From contig JAOMCC010000001.1 of the NCBI GenBank assembly GCA_028344855.1, positions 1,595 to 65,594 on the forward strand: 64,000 bases of DNA. Direction: 5' to 3'. Position numbers and translations under genes: made by a program. Of this stretch, positions 34,401 through 42,295 are shown piece by piece; position 1 is the stretch's first letter, and each line of letters begins with the position of its first letter. The notes beneath the pieces were generated by a model. It made no database searches. It was given only the letters and a program-made list of their open reading frames with translations, and was not told the DNA's origin. Source of the stretch: Nitrosomonadales bacterium. Its GTDB lineage: Bacteria; Pseudomonadota; Gammaproteobacteria; Burkholderiales; Methylophilaceae.

Positions 34401-34718
34401 TACTCTTTTAACTGAAATTTCTGAGTATTTTGACCACTCTTCTGGAGCTCTATTTTCACTATTATCAAAAATGAGTTCGACATTGGCTCTACTAACCGCT
34501 TGCCTGGTGTCAGTACCATAAAAAATTACATCGTCCATTGAGTCACTTCTAAGCTCTTTTGCTGATGATGATCCCATTACCCACTTGACTGCTTCGACAA
34601 TATTTGATTTGCCACATCCATTAGGCCCAACAATTGAACCTAGCTTTTCATCTAATTGGATTGTTGTTGGATCAACAAAGGACTTAAAGCCAGCTAGTTT
34701 TATTTGTCTTAATTTCAA
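31485..34718 (-). CDS. smc: Chromosome partition protein SMC
   Basis: GFKSF, GPNGCGKSN, LSGGQK, DEVDAPLD; long coiled coils. Confidence 0.95.
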   Translation of the reverse strand: MKLRQIKLAGFKSFVDPTTIQLDEKLGSIVGPNGCGKSNIVEAVKWVMGSSSAKELRSDSMDDVIFYGTDTRQAVSRANVELIFDNSENRAPEEWSKYSEISVKRVIEKDKGSNYLINNTVVRRKDVADLFLGTGLGSRGYAIIGQNKVTQLVEAKPEELRGFLEEAAGVSKYKERRKETEFRLRDTKENLSRVQDLVQEIKQQSAKLKSQAEAANRYHKQQESLKFNQAQVWALKKRVVNESWENIKKKIEEQTLELDQFTANLREIELKVETARQDYTKTADEINLFQSKFYDINAQVSNTENSLANIKNNIERLTQAQKDSKEKIANLLLLETNLNKEIEKNKNIINAASEKLEIHEKTNQDEKNKYTDLEEKYNTATTKIQKARSERESNFQKVREESSAKIAKTREDIDANLKKLREESLAKIESARNKRDINFKKLSETEVRISSLNDFIESDTKSDDIQSWLKKAGVTNQQPILDQITIKDGWDNAFGIFLEGHIHAFESEQLSNTFLENRPSKTITLINKNKLEDKFKLNDQLISAMTVIKCNESHISGAVNEWLSNVYLSNKKEILTDRNKMNYGEILILKNGDIYGKTYQVIRSKNGENINLLARKKQLDELTKNEVSIKKEYQTSIDQLSKIEKEAKLNEENHQILSAEKLSAVQDEAQTLEQSYSSKSNIDLNLIDEEVNLSQQLFNEQKNKMFESDKLKQEIQFNIKLNSNKNNDLTEKIQSLISEKSDLEKIIEGSIAQLKDNSVENFEADLKLKIKEKEKAEEDLTVIRETLTSKEDHLKIIETSRLEKQQSLTPLQSSLQELKIEEREIKVNFEQCCTELEKASINEDDLLAKLNEDDKIEDIEEKCQKIKAKIERMGPVNLAAIEELTAIEKREVYLQKQMDDLIEASNTLEQAIRKIDIETREKLSNTYDAVNENFIFYFKKLFSGGRAKLELLGEEILDSGFHIVAQPPGIKNSTISQLSGGQKTLTAIALVFALFKLNPAPFCFMDEVDAPLDDENVGNFCSLVQNMSEATQIILVTHQKQTMEMSDQLIGVTSVEKGVSRIVEVNLQDVEKMEVTN

Positions 34719-34795
34719 ATTTAACTTTCTTTATTTTATATAGAGATGTTACTGCACAAAGCAGTATAATGTTCTTTTTTTAAAATTTTATTACT

Positions 34796-35242
34796 ATGAA
34801 ATCACAATCTTTAGGGTCCAAACCTACGGCACAACCAACAAAGAATCTCGAAACGTTTGAAAATCCAAACACAAAAAAAGATTTTCATATTCATATGCAA
34901 ATTCCAGAATTCACATGTCTTTGCCCCAAAACTGGTCAACCAGATTTTGCAACTCTCTATCTTGATTATATCCCCGATAAACGATGTGTGGAACTAAAAA
35001 GTTTAAAACTTTATATATGGTCATTTAGGAATGAAGGTTGTTTTCATGAAGCCGTTACTAATCAAATACTTAACGATTTAGTCAAAGCCACAAAGCCAAG
35101 ATTTATGCGCCTCACAGCTAAATTCTTCGTTAGAGGTGGGATCTTTACTAATGTCACTGTAGAGCACAAGAAAAAAGGTTGGAAAGCAGAATCTTATGTA
35201 GATTTGAATCAATTTCCAACACAAACAAACTATAGAGATTAA
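34796..35242 (+). CDS. queF: NADPH-dependent preQ0 reductase (type I)
   Basis: [31 protein letters not shown]. Confidence 0.97.
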   Translation: MKSQSLGSKPTAQPTKNLETFENPNTKKDFHIHMQIPEFTCLCPKTGQPDFATLYLDYIPDKRCVELKSLKLYIWSFRNEGCFHEAVTNQILNDLVKATKPRFMRLTAKFFVRGGIFTNVTVEHKKKGWKAESYVDLNQFPTQTNYRD

Positions 35243-35251
35243 ATCAAATTT

Positions 35252-35327
35252 GGGGGTATAGCTCAGCTGGGAGAGCATCTGGATGGCATTCAGAGGGTCA
35301 GCGGTTCGATCCCGCTTACCTCCACCA
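35252..35327 (+). tRNA. tRNA-Ala (anticodon GGC)
   Basis: 76-nt cloverleaf, G3:U70 pair, loop ATGGCAT, encoded CCA. Confidence 0.98.
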
Positions 35328-35373
35328 ATTTATAGTCCAAATAGGTCCTAGACGGTCCGATTATCACTCCCCT
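35314..35373 (+). repeat. att-like repeat A, copy 1 (tRNA-Ala 3' end plus 46 bp downstream)
   Basis: 54/60 identical to 37160-37219. Confidence 0.9.
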
Positions 35374-35402
35374 ATTACCCTAACCTATATTATGTATTCC
35401 AA

Positions 35403-35421
35403 TATACCCTATAGGGGTATA
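35403..35421. promoter_or_regulatory. CsoR/RcnR-type operator
   Basis: TATACCC-TATAG-GGGTATA inverted repeat with C/G tracts, overlapping a TATAAT element upstream of the csoR-like gene. Confidence 0.8.
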
Positions 35422-35451
35422 TAATGGATACCATTAATGGAGAAATAGATT

Positions 35452-35730
35452 ATGAAAAATTGTCACCAACATCCAGATTATGCAAAACATTTACCAAGAA
35501 TTAATAAGGTCATTGGCCAGCTCAATGGAATAAAAAAAATGATTGATGAGAGAAGATATTGCCCAGAGATTATTACACAGTTAAAAGCGGTAAGTTCAGC
35601 ATGCCAATCAATTGAAGCATTATTATTAGAAAAACATTTGGAATCTTGTGTATTAGAAGCTTTTCATTCAAATGACAATAAAGATCAAGCTAAAAAAATA
35701 CAAGAACTAACAAAGCTTTATAAAAAATAA
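35452..35730 (+). CDS. CsoR/RcnR-family metal-sensing repressor
   Basis: R...I.GQ..GI..MI...RYC......H...C motif. Confidence 0.92.
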   Translation: MKNCHQHPDYAKHLPRINKVIGQLNGIKKMIDERRYCPEIITQLKAVSSACQSIEALLLEKHLESCVLEAFHSNDNKDQAKKIQELTKLYKK

Positions 35731-36368
35731 TGTTTTCTAAAATTTTTATAATTTTATTAATGTTCATTAACCCTCAACTTATAGCTGCTCCTATGAGTTA
35801 TAAAGGGTCAATTACAACAATGGGTGAAGCTTCTAAGCATTTCAGTAAAGTGGAATCAAACTATGCCTTAACCGGAAAAGATTCGATAGGAATCAAAGCT
35901 TTTAAGCTAAAAGGTGATGGTTACGATGTCTATGGAGAGGGATTATTCTATTTAAAGCGCCTCATGCGAGTTAATGAAATTGAATCTCAAACGAATTTAT
36001 GGTTATTTACAGAATCTGGACAGGTAAGTGTTAAAAAAAATAGCCGTAATAATGATCATTTTTATCTGAGCCCTAAGATTCAGTTTGATTATGAAACAAG
36101 AAGAATTTATGCAATGACATCTCATCAAATCTTACGTGTGCAGCATGATAATTTTGATACTACAAAAGCAAAAGCAGGTTTTTCATTCCACAAGACAGAA
36201 TACAACGAAACGCAGCCCTGGTTCATTTTAGAGTTAATTCATACTAATAGTATGAGTAAAAAATTAGAGATCATCCCAACCATTCGTTTAATAAATAAGG
36301 CACTTTATCTGGAAGCAGGCGTTTCAACAGATGGTAATCCAAAGCTACATTTAATGCATACATTTTAG
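35730..36368 (+). CDS. Exported hypothetical protein, probable beta-barrel
   Basis: Signal peptide, alternating beta-strand pattern, C-terminal Phe. Confidence 0.7.
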   Translation: MFSKIFIILLMFINPQLIAAPMSYKGSITTMGEASKHFSKVESNYALTGKDSIGIKAFKLKGDGYDVYGEGLFYLKRLMRVNEIESQTNLWLFTESGQVSVKKNSRNNDHFYLSPKIQFDYETRRIYAMTSHQILRVQHDNFDTTKAKAGFSFHKTEYNETQPWFILELIHTNSMSKKLEIIPTIRLINKALYLEAGVSTDGNPKLHLMHTF

Positions 36369-36378
36369 GAGTTAATTT

Positions 36379-36696
36379 ATGAAAAAAATACTGTTAATAC
36401 TTTTATTTACGCTTCACTCTGTTGCTATGGCTCAAACACAAAAGATTGAAGTAATGGGTATGGTATGTGCTTTTTGTGCTCAAGGTATTGAAAAAAGTCT
36501 TAAGTCTTTAGATCAAGTTAATGATGTTTACGTTAATCTTGATAATTATTTTGTTATTGTTGATTCGAATAGCAATAACGGAGTTCAAGATGAAATATTA
36601 ACAAAGATCATTGTTGACGCAGGCTATGACGTCAAAAGCATACAAGTCATTAATGATTCAGTAGCTTTAATACGTGCAAAATATGAAAATAAATGA
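36379..36696 (+). CDS. Periplasmic heavy-metal-associated (HMA) domain protein
   Basis: Signal peptide plus GMVCAFCA and AGY motifs. Confidence 0.9.
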   Translation: MKKILLILLFTLHSVAMAQTQKIEVMGMVCAFCAQGIEKSLKSLDQVNDVYVNLDNYFVIVDSNSNNGVQDEILTKIIVDAGYDVKSIQVINDSVALIRAKYENK

Positions 36697-37081
36697 TGTA
36701 TTAGATGGATTAAATTCTAGCAAAAAAATAGCTTTTTTATCACTATTTACAAGTACTGGTACAGTATTATGCTGTGCTTTACCTGCTTTTTTAGTCGCAA
36801 TTGGTGCAGGAGCCGCTTTAAGCTCATTTATTTCTGTATTTCCTGAAGTAGTGTGGATCTCAAAATATAAAAATTATATTTTTTTTGTCGCAACGATATT
36901 TATTTTAGCGGCTGGTTTTTTTCAATATAAAATCAGACAACTACCATGTCCCGCTGAAAAAGAATTGGCGAGACATTGCACAAGGATTAGACGCATATCT
37001 GAAATCATTTATTTGTTTGCCATTGTTTTACTTTTTATAGGTTATCTATTTGCTTACCTTATCCCCTATTTAATTAAATAG
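36683..37081 (+). CDS. MerT-like metal transport membrane protein
   Basis: TM1 with adjacent cysteines (LCCALP), loop C...C pair, about three TM segments; start uncertain (36674 or 36683). Confidence 0.75.
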   Translation: MKINDVLDGLNSSKKIAFLSLFTSTGTVLCCALPAFLVAIGAGAALSSFISVFPEVVWISKYKNYIFFVATIFILAAGFFQYKIRQLPCPAEKELARHCTRIRRISEIIYLFAIVLLFIGYLFAYLIPYLIK

Positions 37082-37104
37082 TTTTCCATCAATTATTAAA
37101 TTAA
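37073..37104 (+). repeat. Direct repeat B, copy 1
   Basis: ATTAAATAGTTTTCCATCAATTATTAAATTAA, 31/32 identical to 45715-45746. Confidence 0.8.
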
Positions 37105-37159
37105 GTATAACCTAATACATACCTTATAAATATAGGCTTTAAGTAAGTAGCACAGTGGA

Positions 37160-37219
37160 GCTTACCTCCATCAATTTTTTGTCCAAATAGGTCCTAGACT
37201 GTCCGATTACTACTCCCCT
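37160..37219 (+). repeat. att-like repeat A, copy 2
   Basis: GCTTACCTCCATCAATTTTTTGTCCAAATAGGTCCTAGACTGTCCGATTACTACTCCCCT. Confidence 0.9.
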
Positions 37220-37384
37220 CTTCTTCAAATCCCATTTAAGTAGTAGTGATATTTCATTAATTTAAAAAAGTGTTTGCTTATTTATTTATATCTATGTATA
37301 CTCCAATTTTACTAAAAAAAAAGGGATTAATTAAAGTTTTGTGCCTAAAAATAAATTATTTAATTAAAGCTATAAAGTTTTTCC

Positions 37385-37455
37385 TGATATTTCCTTATTG
37401 TAGGAAATATCATCTCCCTGAAAACCCAGAGGCCCCTCTCTCCTCTGGGCTTTCT
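37385..37455. promoter_or_regulatory. Two adjacent inverted repeats (operator, sRNA or terminator candidate)
   Basis: Perfect 11-bp IR TGATATTTCCT-N6-AGGAAATATCA, then CCCAGAGG-CCCCTCTCT-CCTCTGGG. Confidence 0.55.
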
Positions 37456-37476
37456 TAAAAATTTAAAAAGATACCT

Positions 37477-38760
37477 ATGAAAGTAATTAAAATTACAAAA
37501 AAATATAAATTTGAAGATCTACCTAAAGATATACAAGAAAAAATTGCTTTAATTAAGTTGACTTCAAACCGCTGTTATATAAAAGGGAAAGGGATGAGAG
37601 ATGGTGAATTCTATATAATTTGTGAAAATTCTTCAGATGATATGTATTTATCTTATCTTGCAGATAGCTACGAAACAAAAAAGAAAAATAGAATGACATT
37701 AAGTGAAGCAGCAAAAGAACTTGGTGTATCAATAATGACATTAAGAAATTGGAATGATGAAGGAAAAATTAATTTTTGTTACCAACAAGATTCTGCTCTT
37801 CCTTTTATTGATAAAGAGGACATAGATAAACAAAAAAAAGAAATGTCTAGGTTTATTAGTAACGAAGGTAAATTAGAATTTCTTAAGGAAAATAAAAAAA
37901 CTTCTTTAAATGCAGTTATTATTGGGCCACAAAATGATGGTTGGTTTATGGGTCTTGAAAATTCTGGTTTTCACGTAATTGATGATCGGTATGATGAGGA
38001 CTCCCAAATTGATTCTGATGTAGTTTGTTCAAGCCTTCAACATCTTAAAGGGTTTAGTGGTATCGCAGAAAATCATCCTAAAATATTTTGTATTGAAACT
38101 CTTAGTAGAATTACTAGTAAAGCCCTAGAACGATTTTTCGAGGGCTATGATAATTTTGTAAAAGACTATCAAATAAGCACAACAATATTAAAAGCTGAAT
38201 TTTATGATGTACCTCAAAAAAGGCATAAAAGCTTTATTTTAGGGATAAGAAAAGATCTAAAAATGAGTGATTGGCCACCCTCACCTAATAATTATATTAT
38301 TCCATTAAAGACAGCTTTACAAAACGCTGCTAAGTCAGATGGTGAAAAATATACAAGACAAAAAGAAAGGATATTAAAAAAAGTTAAGCCTGGAAAAAAC
38401 TGGAAGACATTACCAATAGAAGATCAAATCTTATATATGGGTAATTTACACCCTACTAAAACCAAGCGAGTAACAAGAGGAGGTATGTCAAGTATAGCAA
38501 GACGACTATCATGGGATGAACTGTGTCCCTTGTTACCTAAACAAATTGACAATAAATTAATAGATAGATGTCATCCAGAAGAAACAAGACCTTTATCAAT
38601 ATCAGAGTATTTACTAATTCAATCATTTCCAGATAATTACGATGGACTTTTATCAAGCTCTTACAAACAATCATACCGAAATATAGCTTCTTCAATTCCA
38701 GTGAACCTTGCTTTTCATATCGGAAAATCTCTTATAAAAATTTTGGAGAATAACAAATGA
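37477..38760 (+). CDS. HTH (MerR/excisionase-like) fused to a degenerate C5-cytosine methyltransferase (Sau96I/Eco47II-like TRD), catalytic motifs lost
   Basis: LSEAAKELGVS..TLRNW HTH; VPQKR...GIRKD, ARRLSWDE, RCHPEETRPL, IQSFPD retained; no FxGxGG, PCQ, ENV or GNAV. Confidence 0.8.
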   Translation: MKVIKITKKYKFEDLPKDIQEKIALIKLTSNRCYIKGKGMRDGEFYIICENSSDDMYLSYLADSYETKKKNRMTLSEAAKELGVSIMTLRNWNDEGKINFCYQQDSALPFIDKEDIDKQKKEMSRFISNEGKLEFLKENKKTSLNAVIIGPQNDGWFMGLENSGFHVIDDRYDEDSQIDSDVVCSSLQHLKGFSGIAENHPKIFCIETLSRITSKALERFFEGYDNFVKDYQISTTILKAEFYDVPQKRHKSFILGIRKDLKMSDWPPSPNNYIIPLKTALQNAAKSDGEKYTRQKERILKKVKPGKNWKTLPIEDQILYMGNLHPTKTKRVTRGGMSSIARRLSWDELCPLLPKQIDNKLIDRCHPEETRPLSISEYLLIQSFPDNYDGLLSSSYKQSYRNIASSIPVNLAFHIGKSLIKILENNK

Positions 38761-39266
38761 AAACAGTTAAATTTACAGGTATAAAAGAATCTCGTCCTTT
38801 TCCTCATCAATCAAGGAAAGGAGAATGGCTATTGCCAATAAAGCAAATTGATGGGTATTCTTATATTTTTTATTTAGGTCATAGTTATAACAAAACTATG
38901 TCTCTGGAATACATTAGAGATTTTGAGGCTTGGAGTCATGAAGACTTAGGTTTAGAAGTTAAAGATGATTTAATATTTAAAATAATTCGCTTGCGAATCT
39001 ATCCATATAATCAGAGCTTTATTGCCCCCCCAGACCAAATATTAACTAGTGAAGTATATCTTTTCATACCACCTTTTGTTAGTGAAGAGTGGAGAGAGCT
39101 TGTAAATATAGATGGATACCGAGTAACGCAATCATGGTGGGTAATAGTTGTTAAAGAACAAGTTTTAAATACTCTTAGAGGAAAACCAATTAAAGAAGAA
39201 TTAGAAAGCGATATTTTAAAAGAATCAGATGCGCTAATTAAACGTTTAAGAAATAAAAATAAGTAA
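38757..39266 (+). CDS. Orphan hypothetical protein
   Basis: 169-aa ORF with ATGA overlap on the upstream stop. Confidence 0.7.
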   Translation: MKTVKFTGIKESRPFPHQSRKGEWLLPIKQIDGYSYIFYLGHSYNKTMSLEYIRDFEAWSHEDLGLEVKDDLIFKIIRLRIYPYNQSFIAPPDQILTSEVYLFIPPFVSEEWRELVNIDGYRVTQSWWVIVVKEQVLNTLRGKPIKEELESDILKESDALIKRLRNKNK

Positions 39267-39296
39267 TTTAATATCAACTAAATAAGGATAACTTCA

Positions 39297-39476
39297 ATGA
39301 ATAATGAAAAATTAAGCGAAGCAGAATGCAAAAAAAATATTATTAACCTAAAAGATAAAAATCATGAGTTAAATAAAGATCTTAAAAAATTACATAAAGA
39401 AATTGAGGACAATCAATTGAGAATAAGATCTATGGAATTATTTTTAGATGCTTTTAAAATTACAAAAAATATATAA
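39297..39476 (+). CDS. Small coiled-coil hypothetical protein (59 aa, not in ORF track)
   Basis: AAGGA RBS; MNNEKLSEAECKKNIINLKDKNHELNKDLKKLHKEIEDNQLRIRSMELFLDAFKITKNI. Confidence 0.65.
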   Translation: MNNEKLSEAECKKNIINLKDKNHELNKDLKKLHKEIEDNQLRIRSMELFLDAFKITKNI

Positions 39477-39490
39477 CTTGGAGAAATTTT

Positions 39491-39673
39491 ATGCAGAATT
39501 TTATTTGTCATACAGTTCAATATTCTAGACCGATTCTAATTAAAGCTAAAAACGAATTGGATGCTAGGAAAATTATGCTCAATAGAAAAAAAATATCAAT
39601 AGAGCATACAGAAATTACAATTAGAAATAAAAATCAACACTGGTTTAAATCTTGGTTAGAAGATAACTTTTAA
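39491..39673 (+). CDS. Small hypothetical protein
   Basis: GGAG RBS; co-oriented in the small-ORF string. Confidence 0.6.
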   Translation: MQNFICHTVQYSRPILIKAKNELDARKIMLNRKKISIEHTEITIRNKNQHWFKSWLEDNF

Positions 39674-39723
39674 TAATTACCAATAATAAATTAAATGAAA
39701 TAAAACTCTTTAAAGGAAAAGCT

Positions 39724-40011
39724 ATGAAAAAATTAATAGGTACAATTGGTGTAGATGCTGGTATTTGTTGGGTAGGTGATCCAAGCTATATTCTGCCTGA
39801 TGATGCAACTGAAAGACCTGGCTTATGGAAAAAATTAATCTCTCTCATAAGCAATAAATCTTTCGCATCTATAGGTTATAAAGCTGGAGCAGAAGGTATT
39901 AATGTTGGTGTATGTGTTTCTTCAGGCTATGGTGATGGGGTTTATCCAGTATATGCAGATATTAAAGACGATATCGTCCATTCAATTAAAGTTGTTTTTG
40001 TAGAAGAATAG
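39724..40011 (+). CDS. DUF4241-like small protein
   Basis: GVDAG....GDP.Y and SSGYGDG.YPVY motifs. Confidence 0.7.
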   Translation: MKKLIGTIGVDAGICWVGDPSYILPDDATERPGLWKKLISLISNKSFASIGYKAGAEGINVGVCVSSGYGDGVYPVYADIKDDIVHSIKVVFVEE

Positions 40012-40073
40012 TTTTTTGGAAAAGTCAGATATTATGAGAGTGAAGTTAGTCTAACTTAAAAAGGTAATGTTAA

Positions 40074-41177
40074 ATGAATGAAAATTTATGTGCGTTAAAT
40101 GCTGTAATAAATTTTATTGAAAATGATGAAAGCAATGAAGTCAATCAATCTTCTCCTCAATCAACAAACAAAATTAATATGGAAGGAGATGATTTTGAGG
40201 AATATATAAAAAGACTTTTTGTACCGGAAGCAGAGAAACAGGAGCCATTAGATAAAGAAAAAAATGAAAAAATCAAAGAAGCAAATACCAAGTTATATGA
40301 AAAATATTTTTCTTTCTTAGGAGAAAAAAATCATCCGCCTGATTTAATTGTAAAAGAAGGTGACGCTATTGAGGTAAAAAAGATACAAGGAACAACTACT
40401 ACGACATCATCATTAGAACTCAATTCATCGCCCCCAAGAGCAAAGTTATTTAACAATGATTCTAAGATTTCAGCTACAGGGCGAGGAAGCGACGGAGGTG
40501 ATTGGGCAGAAAAAGATAACCTCTACATCCTTGGTTGTAAAATAAAAAATCAAAAAAAATTAAATTATATTTGGTTTTTTTATGGAGATTGTCATGCAGA
40601 AAATAATAGTTATCAACCACTTAATGATGAATTAAGTAAGGAGATAGGAAAGATACTGAATGCCAACCCCAAAGGTGAAGTTGACGAAGATGGAAATGAA
40701 TTAGGAAGACTCAATAAAATCGATAGCTATAATGCAACAAATCTCAGGGTTAGAGGTGTATACATGCTCACTAACCCATTTATTATGTTTTATGAATATT
40801 TCAAAAATGATCAAATTAACTACACACATCTTAATAATGTTAAAAAAGGAATTAATTGCCAACATTTTTCGAATGACGATAAAAAAGAAGTTTCTTTTTT
40901 AAATACCGAAATAAATAATAAAGATACCAGTCAAACCAAAATAAAAAGTTTGCTCACAAAAAGAAAAAAACTAGCTGAATCTTATATGTCAGGATTACAT
41001 TTTTTATGTAGAAAAGAAAAATACGATAGTTTTCCACATAAAACCAGAGAAAAATTTGAAGCATTAATAGGGGAAAAGCAATATTCTGGCTTAACAAAAA
41101 ATAATATTAAAATAATGGATCCCGATAATATTGATAAGTTGATAGACGCTGTTTACATTACCTATAAAAAAAGTTGA
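40074..41177 (+). CDS. Type II restriction endonuclease, NgoPII family (predicted GGCC)
   Basis: FS.LG..N.PPD....GDAIEVKK (PD-(D/E)xK), LNSS.P..KL, ELGR.N.ID....T.LRVRG. Confidence 0.85.
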   Translation: MNENLCALNAVINFIENDESNEVNQSSPQSTNKINMEGDDFEEYIKRLFVPEAEKQEPLDKEKNEKIKEANTKLYEKYFSFLGEKNHPPDLIVKEGDAIEVKKIQGTTTTTSSLELNSSPPRAKLFNNDSKISATGRGSDGGDWAEKDNLYILGCKIKNQKKLNYIWFFYGDCHAENNSYQPLNDELSKEIGKILNANPKGEVDEDGNELGRLNKIDSYNATNLRVRGVYMLTNPFIMFYEYFKNDQINYTHLNNVKKGINCQHFSNDDKKEVSFLNTEINNKDTSQTKIKSLLTKRKKLAESYMSGLHFLCRKEKYDSFPHKTREKFEALIGEKQYSGLTKNNIKIMDPDNIDKLIDAVYITYKKS

Positions 41178-41234
41178 GGATTTTAAGATAAGCATCACTT
41201 TTTTTTAATCCAACAAGCTATAATTAATCTAATA

Positions 41235-42287
41235 ATGAAACTAAAAATTGCTTCCTTTTTTTCTGGTGCTGGCGGTCTCGATCTTGGCTTCGAAAAAGCT
41301 GGATTTAATATTGTTTATGCTAATGAATATGACAAAACCATATGGGAAACCTACGAAAAAAACTTTCCAAAAACAAAATTAGATAGAAGAAGTATTACTG
41401 CTATCGAAGGCGAAGATGTACCTGATTGTGACGGAATTATTGGTGGACCTCCCTGCCAGAGCTGGAGTGAGGCAGGAGCTATGAGAGGCATTGAAGATTA
41501 TCGTGGTCAGCTATTCTTTGATTTTATTCGCATCCTCAAACACAAAAAGCCTTATTTCTTTCTAGCTGAGAATGTTGCTGGTATGCTTGCACAAAGAAAT
41601 ATGGAGGCAGTTCAAAACATTCAACAAAAGTTTAAAAAAATCGGCTATCAACTAACTTATAAACTTCTTAATGCAAGTGACTATGGCGTACCACAGGATA
41701 GAAAAAGAGTAATTTTTGTTGGTTATAGAGATGACTTAGGTATCGAATATAATCACCCTGAAGACTTCACAAAATTACCTGAGGATAAATCTACCCTTAA
41801 GGATGCCATCTTCGATATTAAAGACTCTGCATTACCAGCGATAGGTAAAAACGATACCAATGGGAGCAATTGTATTATCCCTAATCATGAGTATATGACA
41901 GGAGATTTTTCTACTATATACATGTCGAGAAATAGAGTTAGATCATGGAACGAACCTTCTTTTACTATCCAGGCAGGCGGAAGACATGCCCCAATTCATC
42001 CTAATGCACCTAAGATGATTAAGATTAAAAAAAATAAACAAATATTTGTTAAAGACCAAAAAAAGTTATATAGAAGAATGTCGGTTAGAGATTGCGCAAG
42101 AGTTCAGGGATTTCCAGACAATCATATTTTTTACTACAATAAGATATCTGATGGTTACAAGATGATAGGCAATGCTGTACCAGTAGAATTTGCTTACATT
42201 TTAGCAAGTAAGATTATGCAGGATTTTTCTAAGGTATTAAAAAAACAAAAAAAAGACCGGAGAAATAAAGCTCCTGAAAGAATATAA
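41235..42287 (+). CDS. DNA (cytosine-5) methyltransferase, HaeIII/NgoPII/MthTI-like (predicted GGCC)
   Basis: [54 protein letters not shown]. Confidence 0.93.
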   Translation: MKLKIASFFSGAGGLDLGFEKAGFNIVYANEYDKTIWETYEKNFPKTKLDRRSITAIEGEDVPDCDGIIGGPPCQSWSEAGAMRGIEDYRGQLFFDFIRILKHKKPYFFLAENVAGMLAQRNMEAVQNIQQKFKKIGYQLTYKLLNASDYGVPQDRKRVIFVGYRDDLGIEYNHPEDFTKLPEDKSTLKDAIFDIKDSALPAIGKNDTNGSNCIIPNHEYMTGDFSTIYMSRNRVRSWNEPSFTIQAGGRHAPIHPNAPKMIKIKKNKQIFVKDQKKLYRRMSVRDCARVQGFPDNHIFYYNKISDGYKMIGNAVPVEFAYILASKIMQDFSKVLKKQKKDRRNKAPERI

Positions 42288-42295
42288 CTATTCTC

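Noticed and set aside
34749-34770. TACTGC-ACAAA-GCAGTA upstream of queF as a preQ1 riboswitch or LexA box
   Set aside because: Lacks the preQ1 loop and A-rich tail consensus; CTG-N7-CAG spacing is wrong for LexA; it overlaps a TATAAT element.
35373-35400. Second dif-like site (…CCTATA TTATGTATTCC)
   Set aside because: Poor match in both arms; better explained as promoter sequence of the csoR cassette.
37270-37458. 62-aa ORF in the track
   Set aside because: No RBS, low-complexity AT-rich sequence, and it runs through the two hairpins; likely spurious.
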